A stretch of DNA of 64,000 bases from Candidatus Binatia bacterium (GCA_963666515.2 OY762897.2:2816001-2880000); one strand, 5' to 3'; shown: positions 49,616-60,628, counted from the stretch's first letter. Program-made: numbers and translations. Notes: generated by a model from the letters alone, not told the origin.

Positions 49616-50347
49616 TCATTCCGGCGGTCTGCGCCCGAAAAGGTACGCGATGCCGATGCTGAGCAGGTAGAGCCCGATGAGGGGTCCGGCCAGCAGGATC
49701 TGCGAGACCACGTCCGGCGGGGTCAGAACCGCGGCCAGCACGAACATCACCAGCAGGGCGTAGCGGAAATGGCGCCATAGGAAACGGTGGTTCCAGACAC
49801 CCATGCGAGCCAGGAAGAAGGTGAACACGGGCAGTTGGAACGTGATGCCGAACGCCATGACGATGCGGAAAAAAAAGGAGAAATACTCCGCCACGCGTAT
49901 CTCGGGGTTCACCCCGATGGCGCCGTACTGGTCGAGGAAATACAGGAACGCCAGCGGCAGCACGGTGCGATAGCAGAAGAACGCGCCGGACAGGAAGAAC
50001 AGCGAAGCGGTCGCGACGAAGCCCACCAGGTAGCCCGTCTTGCCGTCCGCGCCGAACAACGGCGCCACGAGGCGCCACACCTGGTAGAAGATGACCGGGC
50101 TCCCCGCCAGCACCGCGGCAAGGAACGCGACCTTGATCTCCACGAAGAAGACTTCCGCCACCCCTGTGCCGATGAGGCTCTGCCCCGGCTGCAACCGGCT
50201 CCTGAGGGGTTCTACAAGGACCTCGAAGAGCTGCGGGGCGAGCAGGAAGCCCACGACGAACAGGACCAGCACCGCCCCCAGCGACCGGATCAGGCACGAA
50301 CGCGCCCTTTCCAGTTCATCGGTGAGTCTCGGTAGAATCGGGGTCAT
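49616..50347 (-). CDS. tatC: TatC-family protein (divergent)
   Basis: SPVIFYQVW, FGITFQLPV, RYA and AAVLTPPD motifs. Confidence 0.8.
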   Translation of the reverse strand: MTPILPRLTDELERARSCLIRSLGAVLVLFVVGFLLAPQLFEVLVEPLRSRLQPGQSLIGTGVAEVFFVEIKVAFLAAVLAGSPVIFYQVWRLVAPLFGADGKTGYLVGFVATASLFFLSGAFFCYRTVLPLAFLYFLDQYGAIGVNPEIRVAEYFSFFFRIVMAFGITFQLPVFTFFLARMGVWNHRFLWRHFRYALLVMFVLAAVLTPPDVVSQILLAGPLIGLYLLSIGIAYLFGRRPPE

Positions 50348-50582
50348 GGATCGGGGTCACGGCGCCGCTGATCCGGCAGGGACGGTCCGCGGAAAACGTC
50401 GGGTCGGCGCCTCCATCTGTACCAGATCGCACCGCCGCGCGCGACGGAAGGGGCACGACGGGCCGATTTATGGGGATTAAATGTCGCCGAGGGCGGATGT
50501 CTGTTGAACTGGCGGATGAATCACGGTAAGAGTCTGGATTGTCGACGTAAACTCCACCCGGAACCCATGGAAGGAGGCAGCA

Positions 50583-50918
50583 GTGAACTTTTCTACCAAT
50601 TACGCGAAGGTACTCGGCAGGTTCGCCATCTCACTGGGGGTCCTCACGCTGCTGGGCAGCGGTTGTCTGCCCGTGGACCACGAACACGCCCAGTACAAGG
50701 TTAACATTCAGGCGGTCGAGGAGGCGACGAAGAAGTCGCAGGCCGCGGCCGGCGGGGCGAATTCAGCCGCCAAGAACGCCGACGCCGCAGCCAAGCGGGC
50801 GGAAGCCGCGGCCGCCAAGGCGGGGGACGCCGCGGCACGGGCCGAAGCCGCGGCGGAGCGAGCGGAACGCGCAGCCGCCAAGGCGGAAGCGATGTTCGAA
50901 AAATCCATGAAGAAATAG
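50583..50918 (+). CDS. Alanine-zipper (Lpp/OprI-like) lipoprotein
   Basis: GGAGG RBS, lipobox LGSG-C, Ala-rich heptads, ends FEKSMKK. Confidence 0.8.
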   Translation: MNFSTNYAKVLGRFAISLGVLTLLGSGCLPVDHEHAQYKVNIQAVEEATKKSQAAAGGANSAAKNADAAAKRAEAAAAKAGDAAARAEAAAERAERAAAKAEAMFEKSMKK

Positions 50919-50950
50919 CCTTCCGGCGACCTTCGAGGCGTGACGCAAGG

Positions 50951-52633
50951 TCACGCCTTCTTGCGGACGGGGAACCGCTCCATGAGGGCGGTTCCCACGT
51001 TCCGCGCCAGCGGCCAGTCCGGGCTTCGCAAAAGCCTTGCGGCCGCGGCGTAGAGAGCGACGCCGCCCGCCAGCAGCACCAGGAAGCCGAGTATCCGCAC
51101 CGGCAGGGTTCCGGCGTCCGGGCTCCACTGCATACGTCCCGCAACCAGGAACAGCGGACCCGCCATGACCGCGGCCGCGGTCAGATTGCGCCACAGTGAC
51201 GACAGGTACTCTCCCCACGCGAACCCGCGGAGACGGCGGGTCGCGAGCCACATGAGCGCCGCGAACTGGAAGGTCGCCGACAACGAGTTGGCCAGCGCCA
51301 GGCCGGCGTAGGACAGGCTCAGCGCGCCGATGCCCTGGCTCAGCGCCGCGACCGCCAGCACGAACGGGTTGGCGCTTTCCGCGGCATCCACCCGCCCCAT
51401 CAGCGCTAGGCTCAGGAACAGGTTGAGCACGAAGGTGCAGAATGCCACCCTCACCGGCGTTGTCGTGTCCTGCATGGCGTGAAACAGGGGAACGAGAACG
51501 CGGGTGGCGGAAACCGCCCACAGACCGAGGGCAAGGAACACCAGCGCTTGGGCGCTGGCCGACACGTCCGCGGCCGTGAACGCCCCGCGCTGGAACAGCA
51601 GGGAAATGGCCGGCGCGGCGATGACCATCAACCCCAGGGCGGCCGGGAGCGAGACGAAGTTCACCATGCGCAACGAGTAGCCCAGCGCCGTCTTCAAGCC
51701 GGACACGTCGTCACGCGCGGCCAGCGACGAGAAGCTCGGCAGCGCGGCCGTGCCCAGGGCAACGGCGAACACGCCGAGGGGGAACTGGAGCAGCCGGTCG
51801 GCGTAATAGAGGTAGGAAACGCTGCCCGGCTCCAGCAACGAAGCCAGGATGGTGCTGACCAGGACGTTCAACTGGTAGACCGCGGCGCCGATGACCGCGG
51901 GCCCCATGAGCCGCAGGAACCTGCGCAGCGCGGTGCTGCGGAAGTCCAGGCTCGGCCGCCACGAGAACCCGTGCCGGTGGAGGAACGGGAGCTGCAGCAG
52001 GAGCTGCGCCGCGCTGCCCAGCAGGACGCCGCAGGCGAGGCCCACCACCGGCCGGGACAGCAGCGGCGCCAGCAGGACCGCGGCCGCGATGATCGACAGG
52101 TTCAGCAGCACCGGCGCCGCGGCCGGGGCCATGAAGTGGCGGAAGGTATTGAGATATCCCATGGCCAGGGCCAGCAGGCTGACGAAGAAGATGCTCGGGA
52201 ACATGATCCGTACCAACTGCACGGTGAGCGAGAACTTCTCCGGCGCGGCGGCGAAGCCGGGCGCGAACAGGCGGGTCAGAGGCGCCGGGAACAGCAGGCC
52301 CGCGACGGTGAGCAGGCCCACGAACAGGACCGCGAAGGTCAGGATCGCGCGGCTCGCTCTGACGGCCTCCCGGCGGCCCCGGGTGGCCAGGGACACGGAA
52401 AGGACCGGCACGAAACCCGCGGAGAGGGCGCCCTCAGCAGTGAGGCGTCGCAACAGGTTGGGAATGCGGAAGGCGACGAAGAACGCGTCGGCGGCACTTT
52501 GCGCTCCCAGCAGATAGCCGATGACCATGTCCCGGGCGAGGCCCGTGACGCGGCTCAACAGGGTCATGGCGCCGACGACGCCCGTCGCCCTGGCGACCCT
52601 GCCGAACTCGCTGACCGTTGACTCTGAACGCAT
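50951..52633 (-). CDS. murJ: Lipid II flippase
   Basis: SRVTGLARD, FRIPNLLRRLTAEG and YYADRLLQFPLG motifs. Confidence 0.95.
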   Translation of the reverse strand: MRSESTVSEFGRVARATGVVGAMTLLSRVTGLARDMVIGYLLGAQSAADAFFVAFRIPNLLRRLTAEGALSAGFVPVLSVSLATRGRREAVRASRAILTFAVLFVGLLTVAGLLFPAPLTRLFAPGFAAAPEKFSLTVQLVRIMFPSIFFVSLLALAMGYLNTFRHFMAPAAAPVLLNLSIIAAAVLLAPLLSRPVVGLACGVLLGSAAQLLLQLPFLHRHGFSWRPSLDFRSTALRRFLRLMGPAVIGAAVYQLNVLVSTILASLLEPGSVSYLYYADRLLQFPLGVFAVALGTAALPSFSSLAARDDVSGLKTALGYSLRMVNFVSLPAALGLMVIAAPAISLLFQRGAFTAADVSASAQALVFLALGLWAVSATRVLVPLFHAMQDTTTPVRVAFCTFVLNLFLSLALMGRVDAAESANPFVLAVAALSQGIGALSLSYAGLALANSLSATFQFAALMWLATRRLRGFAWGEYLSSLWRNLTAAAVMAGPLFLVAGRMQWSPDAGTLPVRILGFLVLLAGGVALYAAAARLLRSPDWPLARNVGTALMERFPVRKKA

Positions 52634-52670
52634 GCGGTGTTAGAACTCAGGACTTTCAGGAGGTTGAACT

Positions 52671-52994
52671 TTGGCGAACCACAGATCGGCCGTCAAGCGG
52701 CACCAGCAAAGCCTGCGGCGCCGGCGGCGTAACCAAGCGGTCCAGTCGAGCGTCAAGACCTTGATCAAGAAGGTCAGGGCGGCCATCGACAGCAAGGACC
52801 CGGAAGCCATCGCGGAGAAGATCCGGGAGGTCAACGGCTCCCTCGACAAGGCCGTGGTGAAGGGAGTCATCAAGCGCAACACCGCGTCGAGAAAGCTCTC
52901 CCGCCTGGCTCGCGCCGCGCATCAAACCCTCGCCCTGGAAGCCGCCAGGCAGGCGGAGGCCGCCGAACCAACGGCCCCGTCAACCGCAAGCTAG
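52671..52994 (+). CDS. rpsT: 30S ribosomal protein S20
   Basis: ANHRSAVKR and KGVIKRNTASRKLSRL; TTG start with AGGAGG. Confidence 0.95.
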   Translation: MANHRSAVKRHQQSLRRRRRNQAVQSSVKTLIKKVRAAIDSKDPEAIAEKIREVNGSLDKAVVKGVIKRNTASRKLSRLARAAHQTLALEAARQAEAAEPTAPSTAS

Positions 52995-53016
52995 CCGGGC
53001 GCCCTCGCCCCGACCC

Positions 53017-53622
53017 TCAGAACCCCTCGGCCATCCGCTCCCGTATCGAACCGGCGAACCTTTCGAGCAGGCGCTTCCTCGCCGACTCGCGGGAGTCTTC
53101 CGCCAGTCTGGCGTCGGCCAGCCGGCTCACGTCCTCGAGGCTCAGGGCATCGTGGAGAAACCCCGCGGAACCGGGCACGACCGCCCCTCTCGCGGCGTCA
53201 TACACCTCCCGCAGACGCATGAGGCGGCGCTGCCACAGCACCTCGCCGGAACCCCTGCGCCGCAGGGTGGCCTCCACGTCGAGCCGGGCTTCCACCTGCA
53301 GCACCTCGTCGAACCGGTTGACCGAGACGCCCCGTAGCCCGTAGTGACGGATGACCCCCGAAAGGATCGCGTCCGCGTCCTCGAACCGCTCCGCCACCCG
53401 TGGCCGCCGCTGGCGCGCCAACTCCCGACGTAGCGCCAGAGCCAGGCCGTCCTCCAGGCCCACGTCGCGGGTCCGGTTGGTGAAGGGCTCCACGTAGACC
53501 GTGCGGACGTCGCCGGGCAGCCCCGCGTCCGGGTCCACGAACCGGTAGCCGCACGCCGACGCCAGCAGCGCCGCGCTCAGCACGGCCGCCGCCAGCCGGA
53601 CGCTTCCGCGGGTCAGCTTCAT
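53017..53622 (-). CDS. lptE: LptE-family lipoprotein
   Basis: ATG 53622 overlaps the leuS stop; lipobox ASA-CGY; FTNRT motif; lies downstream of leuS. Confidence 0.8.
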   Translation of the reverse strand: MKLTRGSVRLAAAVLSAALLASACGYRFVDPDAGLPGDVRTVYVEPFTNRTRDVGLEDGLALALRRELARQRRPRVAERFEDADAILSGVIRHYGLRGVSVNRFDEVLQVEARLDVEATLRRRGSGEVLWQRRLMRLREVYDAARGAVVPGSAGFLHDALSLEDVSRLADARLAEDSRESARKRLLERFAGSIRERMAEGF

Positions 53623-56105
53623 TCGATCACGATGTTGACCAGCCGGCCGGGGACCTGCACGACCCGCCGGACGTCGCGGCCGTCGATGAAGGCCGCCACC
53701 CGCGCGTCGGCCAGGGCCGCGGTCTCGATGCGTTCCGCGTCGGCGTCCGCGGGAACGGATATCTTTCCGCGCAGCTTGCCGTTGACCTGCACGACGATGA
53801 GGCGGCTTTCCTCCACCAGCGCGGCCTCGGAGTACTCGGGCCAGCCGACGTCCGCCAGGGCTTCGGTGTGTCCCAGGCGCTGCCACAACTCGCTGGCGAT
53901 ATGCGGCACGAACGGCGCCAGCAGGACGATCTCGGTCTCCAGCGCGGCCTTCGCCAGCGCGGCTCCGTCCTCCTGCCGGAGGTCTTCGGGGCTCATCGAA
54001 CCGAGGGTGTTGTGCAGCTCCATGATGGCGGCGATGGCGGTGTTGAAGTGGAACCGCTGTTCGATGTCGTCGGTGACCTTCTTGATGGTCCAGTGGAGCC
54101 GGCGGCGCAGCTCCTTGAGGGCGCCGGAGGACGGGATGCGGCCGGAGTCCGCGGCCACCTCCGCCAACCGCTCGCGGTGGCGCATGGCGAAGCGCCACAC
54201 CCGGTTCAGGAACCGGTGGGCTCCCTCCACCCCCTGGTCGCTCCAATCCAGGTCCTTCTCCGGCGGGGCCGCGAACAGCGTGAACAGACGCGCCGTGTCC
54301 GCGCCGTAGCGGCGGATGAGGTCGTCCGGGTCCACGACGTTCATCTTGGACTTGGACATCTTGGCCCCGTCCTTGATGACCATGCCCTGGGTCAGGAGGT
54401 TGGTGAACGGCTCCGCCACCGACAGCCAGCCCATGTCGCGCAGAACGCGGGTGTAGAAGCGGGCGTACAGCAGGTGCAGCACCGCGTGCTCGACGCCGCC
54501 CACGTACTGGTCCACGGCCATCCAGTAGTCGGTGCGCTTGCGGTCGAGGGGCTGGCGGTCCTCGTCCGGGCAGGCGTAGCGCGCGAAGTACCACGACGAC
54601 TCCACGAACGTGTCCATGGTGTCGGTCTCCCGGCGCGCCGGGCCCCGGCAGGTGGGGCATTCGGTCTCGTAGAACTCGGGAAGGTTGGCCAGCGGCGAGC
54701 CGCCCGCGCCCGTGAACTCGACGTTGGTGGGGAGCCGCACCGGCAACTCGTCCACCGGAACCGGCACCATGCCGCAGCGGTCGCAGTAGACCACCGGGAT
54801 GGGTGCGCCCCAGTAGCGCTGGCGGGAGATGCCCCAGTCCCGCAGCCGGTACCGGACCGTTCCCTTGCCCCAGTCCCGCTCCTCGAGGAACGCGGCGATG
54901 CGGCTGCGGCCTTCCTCGCTGCTCAGGCCGCTGAAGTCGCCGCTGTCGGCCATCACGCCGTCGGCGACGTACGCTTCGGTCATGTCCTCCGCGGCCAGGG
55001 TGGCCCCGCGCGGGTGGATCACCGGACGCACCGGAAGGCCGTACTTCCTGGCGAACTCGAAATCCCTCTGGTCGTGGGCCGGCACCGCCATGACCGCGCC
55101 GGTGCCGTATTCCATGAGGACGAAGTTGGCCAGGTAGATGGGGATATTCTCCCCAGTGAACGGGTTGAGGCAGAACGAGCCGGTGAAGATGCCCTCCTTC
55201 TCGGTCTCGACGTCGCCGCGCCGGGAGTGACTGATCCGCTTCACCCGCTGGGCGAACTCCCGAACCGCGCCGTGCTGCGGCGTGCCTTCCGAAAGCTCCA
55301 GCGCCAGCGGATGCTCCGCGGCCAGGGAAACGAAGGTCGCGCCGTAGACGGTGTCCTGGCGGGTCGTGAAGACGGCGAGGTCGCCCTCCCGGCCCACCAG
55401 CGGGAAGCGTATCTCGGCGCCGATGGACTTGCCGATCCAGTTGCGCTGCATGGTGAGCACCTTGTCGGGCCATCCATGCAGGTCGTCGCAGCCCGCCAGC
55501 AGGTCCTCGGCGTAGGCGGTGATGCGGAAGAACCATTGCGGCAGCTCGCGCATCAACACTTCCTGCTCGCAGCGCCAGCAGCGGCCGTCCACCACCTGCT
55601 CGTTGGCGAGGACGGTCTCGCAACCGGTGCACCAGTTGACCGCCGAGTTCCGCTTGTAGGCCAGGCCGCGCTTCAGCATCTCCAGGAAGAACACCTGCTC
55701 CCAGCGGTAGTAGCTCGCGTCGGAAGTGGCCAGCTCGCGCGCCCAGTCGTAGCTGAAGCCCATCTGCTTGAGCTGCGCGCGCATGTAGTCGATGTTCTCC
55801 ACGGTCCAGCGGGCGGGGTGGACCTTGTTGGCGATGGCGGCGTTCTCCGCCGGCAGGCCGAAGGCGTCCCAGCCCATGGGATGGAGCACGTTGAACCCGC
55901 GCATGCGCTTGTAGCGCGCGATCACGTCTCCGATGGAGTAGTTGCGCACGTGCCCCATGTGGATCCGGCCCGAGGGATAGGGGAACATCTCCAGCAGGTA
56001 GTACTTGGGCAGGTCCGACGCCTCGTCCACCCGGAAGCTCTCGAGCCGCTCCCACTCCCCCTGCCAGCGCTCCTCGATATTCCAGAACTCGTACTTCTCG
56101 GTCAT
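53619..56105 (-). CDS. leuS: Leucine--tRNA ligase
   Basis: MFPYPSG.HMGH, KMSKS and QVNGKLR motifs; ATG 56105. Confidence 0.97.
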   Translation of the reverse strand: MTEKYEFWNIEERWQGEWERLESFRVDEASDLPKYYLLEMFPYPSGRIHMGHVRNYSIGDVIARYKRMRGFNVLHPMGWDAFGLPAENAAIANKVHPARWTVENIDYMRAQLKQMGFSYDWARELATSDASYYRWEQVFFLEMLKRGLAYKRNSAVNWCTGCETVLANEQVVDGRCWRCEQEVLMRELPQWFFRITAYAEDLLAGCDDLHGWPDKVLTMQRNWIGKSIGAEIRFPLVGREGDLAVFTTRQDTVYGATFVSLAAEHPLALELSEGTPQHGAVREFAQRVKRISHSRRGDVETEKEGIFTGSFCLNPFTGENIPIYLANFVLMEYGTGAVMAVPAHDQRDFEFARKYGLPVRPVIHPRGATLAAEDMTEAYVADGVMADSGDFSGLSSEEGRSRIAAFLEERDWGKGTVRYRLRDWGISRQRYWGAPIPVVYCDRCGMVPVPVDELPVRLPTNVEFTGAGGSPLANLPEFYETECPTCRGPARRETDTMDTFVESSWYFARYACPDEDRQPLDRKRTDYWMAVDQYVGGVEHAVLHLLYARFYTRVLRDMGWLSVAEPFTNLLTQGMVIKDGAKMSKSKMNVVDPDDLIRRYGADTARLFTLFAAPPEKDLDWSDQGVEGAHRFLNRVWRFAMRHRERLAEVAADSGRIPSSGALKELRRRLHWTIKKVTDDIEQRFHFNTAIAAIMELHNTLGSMSPEDLRQEDGAALAKAALETEIVLLAPFVPHIASELWQRLGHTEALADVGWPEYSEAALVEESRLIVVQVNGKLRGKISVPADADAERIETAALADARVAAFIDGRDVRRVVQVPGRLVNIVIE

Positions 56106-56530
56106 GGCTCCGGCCGCTCGCTCTCCTTGAGTCCATGCGCCACGTGGTCGAGCACTCCGTTGATGAACGCGGAGGAATCGTCCGACCCGTAGCGGTCGCC
56201 GATCTCGATGGCTTCGTCGATGCTGACGTTCAACGGAACGTCCGGGCAAAAGAGCAGCTCGTAGGTGGCGAGCCGAAGGATCACCAGGTCCACCTTCGAC
56301 ATGCGCCCGAGCTTCCAGTTCTCGACCGCCTCCTCGAGGAGCCCGTCGATTTCCGCGCGGTGCTCCACCGCGCCGGCCACCAGGCGCTGGGCGTAGTCCC
56401 GCGCCCCGGCACACGACGGGAAATGACCCCAGAAGCTTTCCGGCCCGGTGGGCGAAGGGTCTCCGGTGATCTCCATCTGATAGAGCACCTGCAGCGCCAG
56501 CTCTCTAGCCTTGCGGCGAGTACCAGCCAC
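56102..56530 (-). CDS. nusB: Transcription antitermination factor
   Basis: [10 protein letters not shown] and FINGVLD motifs. Confidence 0.95.
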   Translation of the reverse strand: MAGTRRKARELALQVLYQMEITGDPSPTGPESFWGHFPSCAGARDYAQRLVAGAVEHRAEIDGLLEEAVENWKLGRMSKVDLVILRLATYELLFCPDVPLNVSIDEAIEIGDRYGSDDSSAFINGVLDHVAHGLKESERPEP

Positions 56531-56534
56531 GGGG

Positions 56535-57002
56535 TCAGGAAAGCTCTTTGTTCAGGCTCGCCATCTCGATGGCGGTGACCGCGGCCTCGGATCCCTTGTT
56601 GCCCATCTTCACGCCGGCGCGGTCCACCGCCTGCTCCACCGTGTTGGTGCTCAGCAGGCCGAAGCCGATGGGGACGCCGTGCTGGTTCATGGCGCTGCCC
56701 ACGCCGCGCGCGGCTTCGGCGCAGATGAGGTCGAAGTGGGGCGTCTCCCCGCGGATGACCGCACCCACGCAGATCAGCGCGTCGTACTTGCCGCTCCCGG
56801 CCATCCTGTGAGCGCAGAAGGAGATCTCGAAGGCGCCGGGGACCCACACCACGTCCACGTTCCCGTCCGTGTCCGCGCCGTGCCGCTTGAGGGCGCTCAC
56901 CGCGCCGTCGAGAAGCCGCTCGGTAATGAAGCCGTTGAACCGGCTGGCGATGATGCCGAACCGCATTCCCGTGGCGTCCAGTTTTCCTTCGATCACTCGC
57001 AT
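56535..57002 (-). CDS. ribH: 6,7-dimethyl-8-ribityllumazine synthase
   Basis: SRFN, VPGAFE, IRGETPHF and NKG motifs. Confidence 0.95.
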   Translation of the reverse strand: MRVIEGKLDATGMRFGIIASRFNGFITERLLDGAVSALKRHGADTDGNVDVVWVPGAFEISFCAHRMAGSGKYDALICVGAVIRGETPHFDLICAEAARGVGSAMNQHGVPIGFGLLSTNTVEQAVDRAGVKMGNKGSEAAVTAIEMASLNKELS

Positions 57003-57013
57003 GGCCGGCACCT

Positions 57014-58237
57014 TCAGCGGGCTGGCTCGTCCTCGACGTTGGTCAGGAGATGCCCAAGTTTGTCGCGCTTCGTCTGCAGGTAGCCGGCGTTGCCGCCGGT
57101 AGGGGTGATCTCCAGAGGAATCCTCCGGCTCACCGACAGGCCGTAACCCTCCAGGCTGACGATCTTGCGCGGATTGTTGGTCAACAGGCTGAGCCGCCGG
57201 ATGCCGAGATGGCGCAGTATCTCGGCCGCTACCCCGTAGTCCCTCAGGTCCACGTCGAACCCCAGTTCCAGGTTCGCCTCCACCGTGTCGCGCCCCTGGT
57301 CCTGCAGCGCGTACGCCTTGATCTTGTTGGTCAGGCCGATGCCGCGGCCCTCCTGGTGCATGTACACGATGACGCCGCGCTCTTGCTGGTCGATGATGCG
57401 GATGGCCGCCCGCAACTGGTCGCCGCAGTCACACCGTTCCGACGAGAACACGTCCCCGGTCAGGCACTCCGAATGCACCCGCACCACCACGTCGTCCCGG
57501 CCGCTCACGTCGCCCTTCACGAGGGCCATGTGCTCGAACGGGTCGAGGTTGGTCCGGTAGAGGATCGCCTTGAACGACTTGCCGTGGATGCTCGGGAAGT
57601 CCTCCTCCCAGACCTTCCGTATCGTCGCTTCGTTGCGCAGGCGGTGGGCGATGATATCCACGATGGACACCATCTTGAGGCCGTGCTCGCCGGCGAAGGC
57701 CCTGAGGCCGTCTCCCGTTGCGATGGAGCCGTCATCGCTCAGCACCTGGCAGATGACCGCGACCGCGGGCAATCCGCTGAGCGCCGCGAGATCCACCGCG
57801 GCCTCGGGCGCGCCGGCTTTGACCAGCACGCCTCCCTGTCCCGCCTGCACCGGCAGGACGTTGCCCGGGGTCACGAAGTCGCGCGGCTCCGCGTCCTCCC
57901 GGGCCGCCGTCCGCATGGTGTGGGCCCGGCCCGCGGCCGAAACCTCCAGTCCCAAGGCGGAGTTGGCGCCGACCGGGACTCCCACCGGAGCCTGCCCCGG
58001 AAGGAAATTCGCCCCGGACTCCACGTGGAAACCGAGCTGCTGCATGCGCGCAGCTTCCAGCGCGAGATACGGAACGCCCCCGGCATGGCGCAGCATGAAG
58101 TTGACCTGCTCCGGCGTCGCCTTCTCCGCCGGCATGCAGACATGGCCCGCTCCGTCGTCGCCCGCGTCTTCCAGGAGCAGGACCGGGCGACCCTGGAGGA
58201 ACTCTTCGCGAATGGTATCGATGGGAGTCGGTGGCAT
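57014..58237 (-). CDS. ribA: RibBA-type fusion: degenerate DHBP-synthase domain plus intact GTP cyclohydrolase II
   Basis: C-terminal RVHSECLTGD..S.RCDCG, EGRGIGL and LLTNNP intact; N-terminal RibB motifs substituted. Confidence 0.9.
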   Translation of the reverse strand: MPPTPIDTIREEFLQGRPVLLLEDAGDDGAGHVCMPAEKATPEQVNFMLRHAGGVPYLALEAARMQQLGFHVESGANFLPGQAPVGVPVGANSALGLEVSAAGRAHTMRTAAREDAEPRDFVTPGNVLPVQAGQGGVLVKAGAPEAAVDLAALSGLPAVAVICQVLSDDGSIATGDGLRAFAGEHGLKMVSIVDIIAHRLRNEATIRKVWEEDFPSIHGKSFKAILYRTNLDPFEHMALVKGDVSGRDDVVVRVHSECLTGDVFSSERCDCGDQLRAAIRIIDQQERGVIVYMHQEGRGIGLTNKIKAYALQDQGRDTVEANLELGFDVDLRDYGVAAEILRHLGIRRLSLLTNNPRKIVSLEGYGLSVSRRIPLEITPTGGNAGYLQTKRDKLGHLLTNVEDEPAR

Positions 58238-58263
58238 AGCGCGTGTCCAGCGTCCTGTCCACG

Positions 58264-58890
58264 TCACCGGGACTTCGGCGTGCGCGTGATATAGGGCTTC
58301 AGATAGGGCTTCACGAACCGGAGGATGTACTTTCCGATGATGTCCGCTTCAAGGTTGACTCTATCACCAACCCCACGGGTCTGCAAATTCGTGTGCGCCA
58401 GCGTGAACGGTATGATGGCCACCGAGAAGGAGCGCGAGGTGCATTCGTTGACGGTCAGGCTGATGCCGTCCACCGCGATGGAGCCCTTTGGGACCAGGAG
58501 CCCGCCCACGGGCGCGGGCGCGCGAAAACGGAAGACGGTGAAGTCGCCACTTTTGTGGATGCGCGTGATCTGTCCCACGGCATCGACGTGGCCGGTGACC
58601 ATGTGGCCGCCCAGCCGGTCGCTCACCCTGAGGGGCCGCTCCAGGTTGACGCCGTCGCCTTCGCGCAGGTGCTCGAAGTTGGTGCGCCGCAGGGTCTCGG
58701 GCGAAACGTCCACGGTGAGCCGCCGGCCGGCCTTCCTGACCACCGTCAGGCAGCAGCCGTTCACCGCGATGCTGTCACCCAGCGAGATCTCCCGCGCCGG
58801 CAGCGCGGTCTCGAAAACCAGCTCCCCTCCCTCCGCGCCGGTGCGCCAGCGACGCACACGGCCGATGTCTTCGATGAGTCCGGTAAACAT
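58264..58890 (-). CDS. ribE: Riboflavin synthase
   Basis: MFTGL N-terminus; GDSIAVNGCCLT and GGHMVTGHVD motifs. Confidence 0.95.
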   Translation of the reverse strand: MFTGLIEDIGRVRRWRTGAEGGELVFETALPAREISLGDSIAVNGCCLTVVRKAGRRLTVDVSPETLRRTNFEHLREGDGVNLERPLRVSDRLGGHMVTGHVDAVGQITRIHKSGDFTVFRFRAPAPVGGLLVPKGSIAVDGISLTVNECTSRSFSVAIIPFTLAHTNLQTRGVGDRVNLEADIIGKYILRFVKPYLKPYITRTPKSR

Positions 58891-58916
58891 GGGATGGTTC
58901 CTCGACGCAGTGAGGA

Positions 58917-60011
58917 TCACAGATAGGCGGACACCAGGATGTCCTCTCCCATTCGCGTGACCGCCGGCGGTCCCGAGAGGCGCGGGCACTGGCGCATCCG
59001 CGTCAGGCCGAGGTCCCCCACCATGGGCAGTCCCTCGGCGCCGATGAGCTTCGGCGCGTAGAAGCACAGCACCTTGTCCACCGCCTTCTCGGCGACGGCG
59101 CGGCCCGCGGTGACCGCGCCCCCCTCGACCATCACGCTCATCACGCCCGCGCGAGCCAGCTTTCGGAGCACGCGTTTGAGGGAGATGCGGCCGCGGCTCA
59201 CCGGAAAGGTCCAGACCTGGACGCCCAGGTCTTCCAGCCGCTTCCGGCGGGCCGTCGAAACGCCGCTGCCGGCGACCAGCACGGTCTTCTCCGGCTGCGG
59301 ACCGCGGACCAGCTTGGCGGTGACCGGGGTCCGCAGCCTGCGGTCCAGCACCACCCGCCAGGGGTCCCGTCCTCCCGGGATCCGGCAGGTGAGTTGCGGG
59401 TCGTCCGCCAGTACCGTTCCAGAGCCCACCAGCACGGCATCCACCTCGTTGCGCAGCCGGTGGACGTATTTCCGCGCGGTCGGCCCGGTCACCCACCGGG
59501 AATCTCCGGTGGCGGTGGCGATCCTGCCGTCCAGCGATGCCGCCAGCTTGAGGATGACGAACGGAAGCCCCTGCGTGACGTGCTTGACGAAGGCCTCATT
59601 CAGCCGGCGGCAGGCCTCCTCCCGTACCGGCGCCTCGACCCGGATGCCGGCGTCCCGGAGGGCGCTCAGGCCGCGGCCCGACACCGCGGGATTGGGGTCC
59701 ACCATGCCCGCCACCACCCGTGCCACGCCCGCCTCGATGACAGCTCGGAGGCACGGCGGCGTGCGGCCGAAGTGGCTGCAGGGTTCCAGGTTGACGTAGA
59801 GCGTGGCGCCGCGGGCCGCTCCGCCCGCCTGGCGGAGCGCCACGACTTCCGCGTGGTCGGCTCCGGCCCGGACATGGTGACCGCGTCCCACGATCCGGCC
59901 GCCTTGCACCACCAGGGCACCCACCATCGGGTTCGGGCTGGTGCGGCCGGCGGCCCTGCGCGCCAGCCTGAGGGCCGCGGTCATGTAACGCTCATCCGTT
60001 TCCTGGGGCAT
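58917..60011 (-). CDS. ribD: Bifunctional pyrimidine deaminase/reductase
   Basis: PNPMVG, HAE, LEPC..PPC, SLDG and EGG motifs; ATG 60011. Confidence 0.95.
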   Translation of the reverse strand: MPQETDERYMTAALRLARRAAGRTSPNPMVGALVVQGGRIVGRGHHVRAGADHAEVVALRQAGGAARGATLYVNLEPCSHFGRTPPCLRAVIEAGVARVVAGMVDPNPAVSGRGLSALRDAGIRVEAPVREEACRRLNEAFVKHVTQGLPFVILKLAASLDGRIATATGDSRWVTGPTARKYVHRLRNEVDAVLVGSGTVLADDPQLTCRIPGGRDPWRVVLDRRLRTPVTAKLVRGPQPEKTVLVAGSGVSTARRKRLEDLGVQVWTFPVSRGRISLKRVLRKLARAGVMSVMVEGGAVTAGRAVAEKAVDKVLCFYAPKLIGAEGLPMVGDLGLTRMRQCPRLSGPPAVTRMGEDILVSAYL

Positions 60012-60040
60012 GGCGCGTCGCGGGAGGACGGTCTGCGGGA

Positions 60041-60580
60041 TCAGGCGCCGCCGGCGGGCAAGCGCTTCCGGCGCGTCTTGCGGGGACTGCCCGAGTTGCG
60101 GGGACGTTCGGCCGCGGTCCGGTGCTTGCGCTCGTTGAGCAGATCCTCCAGTTCCACCATGAACTCGTCGATGTCCTTGAAGGAACGATAGACCGAGGCG
60201 AAGCGCACATAGGCCACCGGGTCGGTATCGTGAAGCTCGCGCATCGCCGCCTCGCCGATGATCGAGCCCGCGATCTCCTTCTCTCCCCTCTCCTGGATGC
60301 CCCGCTCGATGCGGTCGGCGATGGCCTCGATGGCGTCCATGCTGACGGGGCGTTTCTGGCAGGCGCGCTTGAGGCCGTTGGTGATCTTGAGCCGGTCGAA
60401 GGCCTCCCGGCGTCCGTCCTTCTTCACCACCATGGGCATGGCTTCCTCCACGCGCTCGTAGGTGGTGAAGCGGCGCGAGCACGCGATGCATTCCCGCCTC
60501 CGCCGGATCATCTCCTCGTCCTTGCCGAGACGGGAATCGATGACGTGGTTATTGGACTGCCGGCAAAACGGGCATTTCAT
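60041..60580 (-). CDS. nrdR: Transcriptional repressor NrdR
   Basis: CPFC, RRRREC..C, RFTTYE, ATP cone and YVRFASVY. Confidence 0.96.
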   Translation of the reverse strand: MKCPFCRQSNNHVIDSRLGKDEEMIRRRRECIACSRRFTTYERVEEAMPMVVKKDGRREAFDRLKITNGLKRACQKRPVSMDAIEAIADRIERGIQERGEKEIAGSIIGEAAMRELHDTDPVAYVRFASVYRSFKDIDEFMVELEDLLNERKHRTAAERPRNSGSPRKTRRKRLPAGGA

Positions 60581-60628
60581 GGCATGCCTGAGGGTTCCGG
60601 GAGTCGACGGCCCGGCAGCGCCCGGCGG

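Noticed and set aside
49869-49876. A8 tract in tatC as a phase-variation site
   Set aside because: Short, in frame, and explained by consecutive Phe codons.
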